From Thermoanaerobaculia bacterium (GTDB lineage: Bacteria > Acidobacteriota > Thermoanaerobaculia > Multivoradales > Multivoraceae): a DNA stretch of 64,000 nucleotides. Position numbers and translations under genes: made by a program. The DNA lies in NCBI GenBank assembly GCA_963664405.1, contig OY761158.1, positions 6,432,001 through 6,496,000 on the forward strand. Reading direction: 5' to 3'. Positions 23,653 to 33,451 of the stretch are shown one piece after another. The notes under the pieces were generated by a model. That model was given only the letters and a program-made list of their open reading frames with translations, was not told the DNA's origin and made no database searches. Each line of letters starts with the position of its first letter. Position 1 is the stretch's first letter.

Positions 23653-24642
23653 ATGAGTATGGTGGCCGAAGACCTCCAGGTCGAGATTGAAGAACAGAGC
23701 AAAGTGCTCGGTCGCGTCCGCGACGAAGTTGGCAAAGTAGTGGTGGGCCAGACCGAGATGATAGATCGGCTGCTCCTCGGCCTCATCGCTGACGGTCATA
23801 TGCTGATCGAGGGCGTCCCTGGCCTCGCCAAGACCACGGCGATCAAGGCCCTGGCCGATAGCGTCAATGCCGACTTCGCCAGAATTCAGTTTACCCCTGA
23901 CCTGTTGCCGGCCGATCTAATCGGCACCCAGATCTACCGTCCGGGGGAACGCCGCTTCGAGGTCAAGCAGGGCCCGGTGTTCACTAATCTTCTGCTCGCC
24001 GACGAGATCAATCGAGCCCCCGCAAAGGTCCAGAGTGCACTGCTGGAGGCGATGCAGGAGCGGCAGGTCACGATCGGCGACCAGACCTTGGAGCTCCCCG
24101 ATCCATTCCTGGTTCTCGCCACCCAGAATCCGATCGAGCACGAAGGCACCTATCCGCTACCGGAGGCCCAGGTTGACCGCTTCATGCTCAAGGTAAGGGT
24201 CGGCTACCCCAACAAAGTCGAGGAAAAGGAGATCATGCGGCGGATGGCGGCACGCCACGTCCCCGAGATCTCGAAGGTGGTGACGCCTGAGCAGATCCGG
24301 AGGATTCGCGACGTGGCCGACCAGGTGTACCTGGACGCCAAGGTCGAGGACTACATCGTCGATGTCGTCTTCGCTACCCGTGAGCCTGCTGCGTATCGGC
24401 TCGATCGTCTCGAGAAGCTGATCGAGTACGGCGCTTCTCCACGAGCAACGATCTTCTTGGCGCAGGCCGCCAAGGTCTACGCCTTCATGTCCGGGCGCCC
24501 TTACGTGACGCCGCAGGACGTGAAGACGATTGGCGCGGACGTTCTTCGGCACCGGCTGCTGATCTCTTACGAGGCCGAGGCCCAGGACTTGAGCTCCGAC
24601 GACCTCGTGCAAGAGATCTTCAACACCATCGACGTGCCGTGA
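23653..24642 (+). CDS. moxR: MoxR family AAA+ ATPase
   Basis: EGVPGLAKT, RIQFTPDLLPAD, DEINRAPAKVQSALLEAMQE, YPLPEAQVDRF. Confidence 0.96.
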   Translation: MSMVAEDLQVEIEEQSKVLGRVRDEVGKVVVGQTEMIDRLLLGLIADGHMLIEGVPGLAKTTAIKALADSVNADFARIQFTPDLLPADLIGTQIYRPGERRFEVKQGPVFTNLLLADEINRAPAKVQSALLEAMQERQVTIGDQTLELPDPFLVLATQNPIEHEGTYPLPEAQVDRFMLKVRVGYPNKVEEKEIMRRMAARHVPEISKVVTPEQIRRIRDVADQVYLDAKVEDYIVDVVFATREPAAYRLDRLEKLIEYGASPRATIFLAQAAKVYAFMSGRPYVTPQDVKTIGADVLRHRLLISYEAEAQDLSSDDLVQEIFNTIDVP

Positions 24643-25577
24643 CGGCAATGTGGACGCGTGCCCCAGAACCGGAGCCGAGCGTCTCGACGACGCTTCCGCC
24701 GGAGCTCTTCGCCAAGATCAAGGCGATCCAGATTCGCACTCAGCGACTGGTGACCGACGTCCTGGCAGGGGAGTACGAGAGTGCCTTCAAGGGGCGAGGG
24801 ATGGAGTTCGAAGAAGTGAGGGAGTATCAGCCGGGAGACGACGTCCGTCACATCGATTGGAACGTCACCGCGCGCATGGACCGTCCTTTCGTGAAGGAGC
24901 ATCGTGAGGAGCGAGAGCTGACCGTGATGCTGCTCGTCGACGTCAGCTCGTCCGGCCACTTCGGGACCGCGGAGAAGCTCAAGAGCGAGGTGACGGCGGA
25001 AGTGGCTGCGATCCTCGCCTACACCGCGATCAAGAGCAACGACCGAGTGGGCCTGATTGTATTTTCGGACCACATCGAGCTGTTCATACCTCCTAAGAAG
25101 GGCCGCGGTCACGTTTGGCGCGTGATTCGGGAGATCCTGAATTTTCGTCCCAGCCGTCGTCGCACCGATCTCGAGGGAGCGCTCGAGTACCTCGGCAAAG
25201 TCGCTCCGCGGCGTGTCGTGGCCTTCCTGCTCTCGGACTTTCTCGACGAAGGTTTCTCCGACCAGCTGCGGGTCGCCGCCAAGCGCCACGACCTGACAGC
25301 TGTCTCTGTCGCCGACAGGCGAGAGTCGGAGCTGACGCGAGTCGGTCTTATCGAACTGCAAGACGCCGAGACCGGAGAGATCCTGTTGGTGGACACCTAC
25401 GATCGTCGCCTGACCGGAGACTTCAGCGCGTTGGCCAAGGCCGACCGCCAGCGCCGCAGCGAGTTGTTTCGCTCCTGTGGCATGGGGGAGATCGACGTTT
25501 GGACGGACGAGCCCTACATCGACGCGATCGTGCGCTACTTCCGCGCCAGGGAGAGCCGGAGGTCGAGATGGAACTGA
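24639..25577 (+). CDS. DUF58 domain protein
   Basis: GMEFEEVREYQPGDDVRHIDWNVTAR, DVSSS, LSDF. Confidence 0.93.
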   Translation: MTAMWTRAPEPEPSVSTTLPPELFAKIKAIQIRTQRLVTDVLAGEYESAFKGRGMEFEEVREYQPGDDVRHIDWNVTARMDRPFVKEHREERELTVMLLVDVSSSGHFGTAEKLKSEVTAEVAAILAYTAIKSNDRVGLIVFSDHIELFIPPKKGRGHVWRVIREILNFRPSRRRTDLEGALEYLGKVAPRRVVAFLLSDFLDEGFSDQLRVAAKRHDLTAVSVADRRESELTRVGLIELQDAETGEILLVDTYDRRLTGDFSALAKADRQRRSELFRSCGMGEIDVWTDEPYIDAIVRYFRARESRRSRWN

Positions 25578-26542
25578 GGGAGCCACCCAGAGTCGAGACG
25601 CCGGTGCGTCGAGGCCTTCTTCCTCTCGCTTTATTGGCAAATGTTGCTCTGGGGGTCGCATTGGCCTTTGCGCTTTGGTCCGGTGCTCCCGGGTCCGGCG
25701 GGCAAGACGCCGAGCGTCTCCGCGAGGTGGCTGGAAAGCTCAAAGCCGCGGGCGTGCTCGACGAGTCGGCGAGCCTCTACGCCGAATACCTCGCCGTGGC
25801 CGATGTCAGTGACGAGAGCAAGGGAAAGATCGCCTTCAGTCTCGGTGTGGGTTTTTTCGATCGTGGGCTCTGGGGCGAGGCTCTGCGCTGGTTTTACGAG
25901 GCGGAGGAGTGGGGCGCTGGCAGTCTCGAAGGCGAGCTGGGGCGCAAGATCGTTGCCTCTCTCGAGCGGCTTGGACAGTCCAGGGCGGCGAGTGCCGCTT
26001 TGGATGCGCGCACTCGCCTTGGCGACTCCTTGGAAGTCGCCCGATCGGCGGAGGATCCGGTGGTCGCGACGATCGGCGACGAGCCGATATACCGCTCGCA
26101 AGTGGAAAGCGCGATGGCGGCGCTGCCGCCGCAAGCTGCGCAACAGATGCTCGGTCTCGAGGCCAGGCAGCAGTTTCTTCAGAGCTACGTTGCCGAAGAG
26201 CTGATCTGGCGCAAGGCCAAGAAGCTCGGTTACGACTCGGACCCAGAGGTGCGAAGTCTGCTGACCTCGTCGGTGAAGCAGCTGGTCGTCGGCAAGTTCC
26301 TGGAGCGAGAAGTGCTGGAGGAGCTGTCTGTCGACGAGGTCGACCTCAGGGCTTACTTTGCCGCCAACGCGGAGCGCTATTCAAGCGGCGAAGACGAAGA
26401 GGATCCCGGCTTCGAAGAGGCTCGGCCGGTGGTGGAGCGAGATTATCGCTTGGAAAAATTTCAGGCCGCCTACGAGGAGCTCGTAAAGGCGGAGTTGAGC
26501 GCCGCGAGGGTCGAGCTTCATGTCGAGAGGATGGGAGGCTAG
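25568..26542 (+). CDS. Membrane-anchored TPR protein with SurA/PrsA-like chaperone domain
   Basis: N-terminal TM helix, TPR-like helices, DPVVATIG...AKKLGYD...LRAYF pattern; no clear parvulin core. Confidence 0.6.
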   Translation: MELREPPRVETPVRRGLLPLALLANVALGVALAFALWSGAPGSGGQDAERLREVAGKLKAAGVLDESASLYAEYLAVADVSDESKGKIAFSLGVGFFDRGLWGEALRWFYEAEEWGAGSLEGELGRKIVASLERLGQSRAASAALDARTRLGDSLEVARSAEDPVVATIGDEPIYRSQVESAMAALPPQAAQQMLGLEARQQFLQSYVAEELIWRKAKKLGYDSDPEVRSLLTSSVKQLVVGKFLEREVLEELSVDEVDLRAYFAANAERYSSGEDEEDPGFEEARPVVERDYRLEKFQAAYEELVKAELSAARVELHVERMGG

Positions 26543-26546
26543 ACCG

Positions 26547-27569
26547 GTGTCCGGGCTTCGAATCGGGTCTGCCAGGGCCGCCCTCGCGCCGATCGCGCTG
26601 GGTGTCCTGCTCGGAGCCTGTCGCGAGGCGCCGGTTGCGTTGATCGAAGAGAAGAGGCCCCCAGTAGAGGCGACTGCCGCTGTGGACCGAGCCGTAGCTA
26701 CCACCGGCGACCTTCTTCTCTTCACCGTGATCGTCGACTACGACTCGGGGTACGAGGTCGAAGTTCCGGAGGCCGCCGCAGAGATCGAGGGCTTCCGGGT
26801 CGTCGACCTGAGCCGCGAGGCGCCGCTCGAGGACGGAGGGCGGACGCTCGAGACACGCTCCTATCAACTGCGCGCCGATCTGGTTGGGTCCTACATTTTG
26901 CCCTCGATCGAAGTGCGCTATCGGCGCCGAAGCGAGGACGGAGATGAGGGGCCCCAAGAAGCGTGGCAATCGGTCGAGACCTCGCGCATCTTTGTCGAGG
27001 TCGAGTCGGTGTTGCCGTTGGACGGCGAGAGCACCGACATCAGGGATATCAAGCCTCTCCGCGAGGTAGCAGGCCCGCGGCGTTGGCCTTGGGTCGTCGG
27101 CTTAGCGGCGGCTGTTCTCATCCTTGGTGCGCTGGGGGCCTGGTGGCTTCGTCGACGCCGGCGAGGCTTCAGCGAGCCGCTAGTGCCACCGCATGACGTC
27201 GCCTTCGAGGCACTTCGCGCTTTGCGCGCGACCGACTTCGAGGACGAGACGGCGGTCCGTGAGTTCTACTTCCGCATCTCGGAGGTGTTGCGCGCCTATG
27301 TCGAGGGTCGCTTTCGACTCAACGCGACCGACCTCACGACGGAGGAGATCCTGGCCGCAACCGAGGGGCTCAGTTTGGCTGTCGAGGACGAAGAGCAGCT
27401 GCATGCTTTTCTCCAGGCCTCCGATCAGGTGAAGTTCGCTGCCCATCGCCCGAGCGAAGGTGAGATCGAGACCGCGTTCGAGCGGGCGCTGAGCTTTGTC
27501 GAGCGAACCGTGCCGCGCGAAGAAGAAGCCGAGGACACCGACGCTGGGAGCGAGGAGCTGGCGGCATGA
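26547..27569 (+). CDS. Bat-operon membrane lipoprotein (BatD/DUF4381-like)
   Basis: Lipobox LLGAC, DIRDIKP, TM helix, LTTEE, DQVKFA. Confidence 0.75.
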   Translation: MSGLRIGSARAALAPIALGVLLGACREAPVALIEEKRPPVEATAAVDRAVATTGDLLLFTVIVDYDSGYEVEVPEAAAEIEGFRVVDLSREAPLEDGGRTLETRSYQLRADLVGSYILPSIEVRYRRRSEDGDEGPQEAWQSVETSRIFVEVESVLPLDGESTDIRDIKPLREVAGPRRWPWVVGLAAAVLILGALGAWWLRRRRRGFSEPLVPPHDVAFEALRALRATDFEDETAVREFYFRISEVLRAYVEGRFRLNATDLTTEEILAATEGLSLAVEDEEQLHAFLQASDQVKFAAHRPSEGEIETAFERALSFVERTVPREEEAEDTDAGSEELAA

Positions 27570-28591
27570 GCTTCGCTGACGCTTGGCTATTCTGGATTCT
27601 CGTCCCGGTGGCCGTGCTCTGGGGCGTCGTGTGGCTACTGCTACCGTCCTGGCGCCGGCGTCGCGGAAGCGAGGCGGCAGTCCGTTTCTCTACTCTGTCG
27701 CAGCTGCGTCGGCTTCGCCCGTCCTTCAGCCTCGTTCTGCGTCGGGTGATCCAAGGTCTGCGCATAATCACTGTAGCTTTGTTGGTGATGGCGATGGCTC
27801 GGCCTCAGACCGGAAGAAAGCTGACTCAGATCTCGAGTGAGGGAATCGACATCGTCTTGGTTCTGGATACCTCCGGAAGCATGCAGGCGCTCGATTTGGA
27901 CAGCGACCGCCCCATCCAGCGGCGGCGCAATCGGCTGGAGGTGGCGAAGGCGGTCGTACGCACCTTCGTCGAGAAGCGAGAGAGCGATCAGATCGGACTG
28001 GTCGTATTCGGCGAGGAAGCCTTCACTCAATGCCCTTTGACTCTCGATCACGGCATCCTGGTGAGTTTTCTCGAGCAGATCGAGCTCGGTATCGCCGGCG
28101 ATCGGACGGCGATCGGCTCTGCGATCGGAACCGCGGTCAAGCGACTCCGAGATTCCGGTGGGAAGTCGAAGGTCATTATTCTCTTGACCGACGGGCGGAA
28201 TAACGCCGGCACTTTGAATCCGAGCACTGCAGCCGAGATAGCGCGAACCCTCGGAGTGAAGATCTATGCGGTTGCGGCGGGCACTCGTGGCAAGGCTCCT
28301 TTCCTTGTCGACTCTCTCTTCGGCCAGCGTGTCGTTCATCAGGATGTGGAGATCGACGAGGAACAGTTGCGGGAGCTGGCCGAGACCACCGGAGGGGCCT
28401 ACTATCGCGCGGAGGATCTCGACGCCCTTGTTCGCATCTACGAGGAGATCGACCAGCTGGAGCGCCGAGAGATCGAGACCAGTTCCTATATGGAGTATGA
28501 CGAACACTTTCCTTGGTTTGTCTTTCCAGCGCTCTCTCTTCTCTTTCTCGAAGTCGTGTTGCTCGGTACCCGCTTCCGGAAGCTGCCATGA
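27566..28591 (+). CDS. batA: BatA VWA domain protein
   Basis: ARPQ, MIDAS DTSGS, QCPLTLDH, TAIGSAI, LLTDG. Confidence 0.9.
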   Translation: MSFADAWLFWILVPVAVLWGVVWLLLPSWRRRRGSEAAVRFSTLSQLRRLRPSFSLVLRRVIQGLRIITVALLVMAMARPQTGRKLTQISSEGIDIVLVLDTSGSMQALDLDSDRPIQRRRNRLEVAKAVVRTFVEKRESDQIGLVVFGEEAFTQCPLTLDHGILVSFLEQIELGIAGDRTAIGSAIGTAVKRLRDSGGKSKVIILLTDGRNNAGTLNPSTAAEIARTLGVKIYAVAAGTRGKAPFLVDSLFGQRVVHQDVEIDEEQLRELAETTGGAYYRAEDLDALVRIYEEIDQLERREIETSSYMEYDEHFPWFVFPALSLLFLEVVLLGTRFRKLP

Positions 28592-29670
28592 AGCGGAAAT
28601 TCATCTATCGGAGCTCGATGCTCGCTCTCTCTTCGTTCTTGACCGGCTGCGACGCCAAGGTGGGCAACACCCAGGCGCTATGGTTGCTTTGGCTGGTGCC
28701 GCTGCTCTTCGCTGTCTATGTCTTCGATCATCGAACGCGGGCTCGACTGCTGCGCCGCTTCGCTTCGATCAAGCTGCTGCCGCGACTAACCCAGGGGGTG
28801 AGCCGTGGACGCCAGTACCTCAAGGCCGGTCTTGTCTTAGTCGCGCTCCTTGCGATGGTGGTTGCGCTGGCGGAGATCAAGTACGGCTTCACTTGGGAGG
28901 AGTTGCAGAGACGTGGAGTCGACATCGTGGTCGCTATCGACGTCTCCGACAGCATGCTGGTGGAGGACGCTGGTGGTGCCGGCTCGCTCAGTCGGTTGGA
29001 GCGCGCGAAGCGAGAGATCACCGATCTTCTCCGGCTCATGGAAGGAGATCGGGTCGGGTTGGTGGCCTTCGCCGGTACCGCGTTCTTGCAGTGTCCGTTG
29101 ACCCTGGACTACGGAGCGGCGGAGATTTTTCTCAGCGCTATCGATACGGACCTGATTCCGGTCAAGGGGACCAACCTCGCTCAGGCTCTCGATGCATCGC
29201 TTGCCGCCTTCAAGGGGTCGGCGCAAGATGCCAAGGCGGTGATCCTGATTACCGATGGAGAGGACCATTCGGGGCGTGCGCTCGAGGTCGCGGCGAAGGC
29301 GCAGGAGCAAGGTGTGCGTGTGTTCACGATTGGCATCGGGCGCGATGAAGGTGCGCCCATCCCCGCTGCCGGCGGTGGCTTCCGGCGCGATCGTGGTGGC
29401 GAGATCGTTCTCAGCCGTCTGGATGAGCCGACTTTGCAGAAGATCGCGCTCGACACCGGCGGCCGCTACGTCCGGTCTGTGACCGGGGACGTCGACTTGG
29501 AGCAGATCTATTTCCATGGCATCAAAGCGACTCTCGAGGATCAGGAGCTACAGTCTGAGCGGCGGCAGCGCTGGGAAGACCGTTTTCAATGGTTTCTGGC
29601 GGCTGCGCTGCTCGCGTTGATGGTCGAGCCGTTGATCGCGGAGAGAGTGAGGGTTGCCGCAGATGGCTAG
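28588..29670 (+). CDS. batB: BatB VWA domain protein
   Basis: DVSDSM, SRLERAK, CPLTLDY, ITDGEDH, SRLDE, RFQWFL. Confidence 0.9.
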   Translation: MKRKFIYRSSMLALSSFLTGCDAKVGNTQALWLLWLVPLLFAVYVFDHRTRARLLRRFASIKLLPRLTQGVSRGRQYLKAGLVLVALLAMVVALAEIKYGFTWEELQRRGVDIVVAIDVSDSMLVEDAGGAGSLSRLERAKREITDLLRLMEGDRVGLVAFAGTAFLQCPLTLDYGAAEIFLSAIDTDLIPVKGTNLAQALDASLAAFKGSAQDAKAVILITDGEDHSGRALEVAAKAQEQGVRVFTIGIGRDEGAPIPAAGGGFRRDRGGEIVLSRLDEPTLQKIALDTGGRYVRSVTGDVDLEQIYFHGIKATLEDQELQSERRQRWEDRFQWFLAAALLALMVEPLIAERVRVAADG

Positions 29671-30916
29671 ACCAGCGTTTCCAAAGTTCGGGCTGCATAG
29701 CTCGAGCTCATTCTGTTCGCTGGCTAGGAGCCTGCAAGGCAGGCGAGTAGTTCTCAGGCGGGGATGGGCCGGAGAACGGGCCGCAGGTCCGTTTTCCGGG
29801 GCGAGGCGCGCCGACGCAGGCATATTGGGCAATATTCGAGGAGCGCGGGGGCGCCCAGCCAACGCCGCCAGCGGGCAGAAGGGGCCGAGATATGTGCGCA
29901 AACTTTGGAAACGCTGGTCTAGAACGGTCCTTTTCATCGTGTTCATGTTGACGGTCGTTTCGGTCGCTGGAGTCGCGGCGCAGACTGAGGGCGAAGACGT
30001 AGAACGTTTGTTGGAGGAGACTCTCGACCGGCCCGAGGGGAAAGCTCCCGAGCGCTATCGCAGCCCCAAAGACGCCTGGGACGAGGGCGCCTGGGATCAA
30101 GCGCTACAGGGCTTCCTCGACATGGAGGTCGTCAAGCCGGAGAGCTCAGCGCTGCAGATGAACATTGGAGCCACCCACTACCGCCTCGGAGACTTCGATG
30201 CCGCGACGCTCAGCTTCGCCGCGGCGGCGGCAAACGGGGACGAGGGAGCGAAGGCCGAGGCCTACTACAACCTCGGGAACGTAGCCTTTCGGCAGGGGCA
30301 GCTGGAGGAGGCGATCGCCCATTTTCAACGCAGTCTCGAGCTCGACCCGGACGACGAAGATGCCAAGTTCAATCTGGAGTTCGTCCGCAATGAGATCCGT
30401 CGTCGTCACGAAGAGGCCTCCAAGCGAGAGCAAGAGCAACAAGAGCGACAGCAGCAGGGAGAGGAAGAGCAGCAGCAGGACAGCTCTTCCGAGCAGGAGG
30501 ACTCGGGTGAGTCCGAGGGGAGTCAGGAGCAGCAAGAAGGAGGCGGCGGTGAAGGCCAGGACCGCGACCAGGACGGCTTGCCCGACGAAGTAGAAGAACA
30601 GGGGCAGAACCCGACCGATCCGGACCAGCCAGACACTGATCAAGATGGTCTCACCGACGGCGAGGAGGATCTCAATCGCAACGGAGCCGTCGATCCTGGA
30701 GAGACGGACCCGAACTTGGCAGACTCCGATGGAGACGGGATCTCTGACGCCGAAGAGAGGATGGCCGAGGGCGCCGCCGCCGGAGCTGAAGAGGAGGTTG
30801 AGGGTCGGGAGATGACGCCGGCGGAGGCCGAGCGCTATCTCCAGGCGCTCGAGGAGGGCCGGCCCCAGCGTCAGGTACCTGCAGGTCGTCGAGGCCGAGT
30901 GGAGAAGGATTGGTGA
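29663..30916 (+). CDS. batC: BatC-like TPR protein with Q/E-rich linker and DxDxDG repeats; N-terminus contains an in-frame MITE
   Basis: TPR motifs (YYNLGN, DAKFNLE), terminal EKDW; removing the MITE gives signal peptide MARTVLFIVFMLTVVSVAGVAA. Confidence 0.82.
   Translation: MARPAFPKFGLHSSSSFCSLARSLQGRRVVLRRGWAGERAAGPFSGARRADAGILGNIRGARGRPANAASGQKGPRYVRKLWKRWSRTVLFIVFMLTVVSVAGVAAQTEGEDVERLLEETLDRPEGKAPERYRSPKDAWDEGAWDQALQGFLDMEVVKPESSALQMNIGATHYRLGDFDAATLSFAAAAANGDEGAKAEAYYNLGNVAFRQGQLEEAIAHFQRSLELDPDDEDAKFNLEFVRNEIRRRHEEASKREQEQQERQQQGEEEQQQDSSSEQEDSGESEGSQEQQEGGGGEGQDRDQDGLPDEVEEQGQNPTDPDQPDTDQDGLTDGEEDLNRNGAVDPGETDPNLADSDGDGISDAEERMAEGAAAGAEEEVEGREMTPAEAERYLQALEEGRPQRQVPAGRRGRVEKDW
29667..29922. 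mobile_element. CTAG-flanked palindromic MITE-like element, copy 2 (256 bp including both CTAG)
   Basis: Same termini as 18344-18587; CTAG duplicated at both ends. Confidence 0.88.
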
Positions 30917-30920
30917 GCCG

Positions 30921-32672
30921 GTGACGTGGTTGCGACCACCTCGGGCAGCGTCACTGTTGTGTGCTCTTGGGTTGAGCTCATTCGGCGCTGAGGCCGGATT
31001 CTCTCAGGGCCTGACGGTCACTCTCGAACCTCCGGAAATTACGATCGAAGATCACGCCGTGTTGTCGGTAACTGTGCAGGGCGCCGGTGCCGAGGAGCCC
31101 ACGATGCCTCCACTGCCGGATTTTGAATCGCGCTACATCGGGCAGTCCTCCAGGCTCGAGTGGATCAACGGTCGAGGTAGCCGCCAGGTGACCTATCGCT
31201 GGCGGATCATCCCGCGCGCGGTGGGTGAGTTCACCATCGGCTCAGCGCGTGTGAGCATCCGTGGCGAGGTTCACGAGAGCCTTCCTTTGCCGGTGCGCGT
31301 GCTTCCGGCCGCGAGCCGGCCGAGCGACCCCCGCGGGGTCTTCGTTACCGCATCGGTCTCCAATTCGAGGCCTTACGTTGGCGAGCAGATCCTCTATACC
31401 TGGCGCTTCTACTATGCCGTGAACGTACACCAACCGCGACTCGAGCCGCTGGTGTTCGAGCCTTTCCTGGTCGAGGATCTGGGAGAGGTACGCCAGTACT
31501 CGACCACCTACGGAGGTACGCAGTACAAGGTCTCGGAACTGCGCAAGGCGCTCTTCGCCCAGCAGGTCGGGGTCCACACCCTGCCTTCTTCCCGCCTCGA
31601 TGTGGCGGTCGTCGTGCCCGCGGGGCGGCGTCGCAACAGGAGCCCCTTCGACGACTTCTTTACCCGCGTGCAGACCGAGACCAAGGCGCTGAGAACCGAC
31701 CCGATCGAGATCGATGTGCAGCCACTGCCCGCTGCGCCGCCGGATTTCTCGGGGCTGGTCGGGAGCTTCGAGGTTGCTATGGCGTTGTCGAAGACCGAGC
31801 TCGAGGTCGGGGACTCTCTAACTCAGAAGGTGACAGTCCAAGGTAGTGGGAACGTTCAAATGTTCGGTGAGTCGCCGCTCGCTGACCCCATAGGATTCAA
31901 GGTCTATGAGGATCAGCCGGTGGGGTCGATCGTTCGTACCGGGAACGAGCTGCGAGGATCGAAGACCTGGAGTCGTGCCCTTGTTCCTCTCGCGGCTGGG
32001 TCGGCGGTGGTTCCCGAGGTGAGGCTGGTCTACTTCGACCCCTCCAAAGACGCTTTTGTTGCGGCGACGGCGGCGAGTGTTGCGCTCGATGTCCTGCCTG
32101 GGAGTCTCCAGGAGGACCTGCGTTTAACCGAGTCTCTCGCTCCGAGTACCGGCAAAGTCGCGGTGCGAATACTCGCCGATGACATTCTTCCCATCTACCG
32201 GGGTCTCGAGGTCGTGCGACCCAAGCGGCTCGCCAAGCTCGGCGGTGGGGTCACGCTCTTCCTGCCGCCGCTGATGTTCTCGCTCATCTTTTCGCTGCGT
32301 CGCCGCGAAGAGCGCTTTCGTGCCGATCTCGGCTTGCGGCGTAGCCGAGGAGCCCAACGGACTGCGCTGAGGGCGATCCGCGAAGCCGAGCGAGAGGGTG
32401 ACTCGGCGGCCGACTACTCGCGGATTCTGAAGGCCTATATTGGTGACAAGACGGAGGCCGAGGGCAGGGCACTGACAGCGGGTGAGTGTGCAGAGAGGCT
32501 GCGGGGTCGAGGTGTCGAGGATTCGCTCGTCGCCAAGGTGGAGCGATCGCTCCTCGAAGCCGAGATCGCCGACTATGCAGGTGGAGCCGTGCCGTCGAGT
32601 GGACTCGACTCAGCGAGTGCCAAGAAGCTCCTCGGCACACTCGAGCGCCAATTGCGGCGGAGCGCGCAATGA
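30921..32672 (+). CDS. batD: BatD family protein
   Basis: Repeated Ig-like units (YVGEQ, FSGLVGSF, GSGN, FKVY), C-terminal TM helix, operon position. Confidence 0.85.
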   Translation: MTWLRPPRAASLLCALGLSSFGAEAGFSQGLTVTLEPPEITIEDHAVLSVTVQGAGAEEPTMPPLPDFESRYIGQSSRLEWINGRGSRQVTYRWRIIPRAVGEFTIGSARVSIRGEVHESLPLPVRVLPAASRPSDPRGVFVTASVSNSRPYVGEQILYTWRFYYAVNVHQPRLEPLVFEPFLVEDLGEVRQYSTTYGGTQYKVSELRKALFAQQVGVHTLPSSRLDVAVVVPAGRRRNRSPFDDFFTRVQTETKALRTDPIEIDVQPLPAAPPDFSGLVGSFEVAMALSKTELEVGDSLTQKVTVQGSGNVQMFGESPLADPIGFKVYEDQPVGSIVRTGNELRGSKTWSRALVPLAAGSAVVPEVRLVYFDPSKDAFVAATAASVALDVLPGSLQEDLRLTESLAPSTGKVAVRILADDILPIYRGLEVVRPKRLAKLGGGVTLFLPPLMFSLIFSLRRREERFRADLGLRRSRGAQRTALRAIREAEREGDSAADYSRILKAYIGDKTEAEGRALTAGECAERLRGRGVEDSLVAKVERSLLEAEIADYAGGAVPSSGLDSASAKKLLGTLERQLRRSAQ

Positions 32673-33451
32673 GCGCTCTTCTGCTCGTCGCGGCCTTGGC
32701 TGCCGGCCTGGCAGCGGAGATTCCTGGCGCGGATCTGGAGATTGTCAGTGCTGAGAGTCCTCTGGATCCGGGCGAGATCTTCGTCGCCGCCAACACCGCC
32801 TACGGTGACGCTGACTATGATGCGGCGGTCGCCGGCTACAAGAGCTTGCTGGAGCAAGGCTGGGACCGGCCCGAGCTTCACTACAATCTCGGCAACGCCT
32901 ACCTGAGGAGGGGCGAGCTAGGGGGAGCCATCTCGTCGTATCGGAGGGCCGAGTCAGGGCTGCCAAGGGACCAGGACGTCCAAGCAAATCTCGACTTTGC
33001 GAGGAAGAGCTCTCTCGATGCCTTGGCCCCGCCCGAGCCCACGCCGCTGTTGCGGACTCTTTTGTTCTGGCATTACGCGCTGAGTCGAGCCGAGCTCTGG
33101 CGCGTCGTCATCGTGCTGAATCTCGCTCTATGGCTGATTCTTAGTTTGCGACTCTTTCGGCGGAGCTCGGAGTTGCTCCGCTGGGCTTCTGTTCTTCTAG
33201 CCCTGGGCCTCGTTGCATCTGCGTCCTCGCTTGCCGTGCGCACCTTCTCCCCCCGCAGGGTTGCCGTGGTCTTGCCGCAAGAAGTCGAGGTCTACTCCGG
33301 TATGAGGGTTGATGGCGTGGTACGTTTTAAGCTCCACAGTGGCAGCGAGGTGCGAGTCGAGGAGAGCGCCGAGAATTGGTTCCGGGTGGGCCTGCCGGAC
33401 GGGCAGCAAGGTTGGATCGAGGCCGAGTTCGTAGAAGTAGTCGAGTTATGA
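32669..33451 (+). CDS. batE: BatE TPR + SH3 protein
   Basis: ANTAY, LHYNLGNAY, two TM helices, LHSG...GWI SH3 domain. Confidence 0.88.
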   Translation: MSALLLVAALAAGLAAEIPGADLEIVSAESPLDPGEIFVAANTAYGDADYDAAVAGYKSLLEQGWDRPELHYNLGNAYLRRGELGGAISSYRRAESGLPRDQDVQANLDFARKSSLDALAPPEPTPLLRTLLFWHYALSRAELWRVVIVLNLALWLILSLRLFRRSSELLRWASVLLALGLVASASSLAVRTFSPRRVAVVLPQEVEVYSGMRVDGVVRFKLHSGSEVRVEESAENWFRVGLPDGQQGWIEAEFVEVVEL

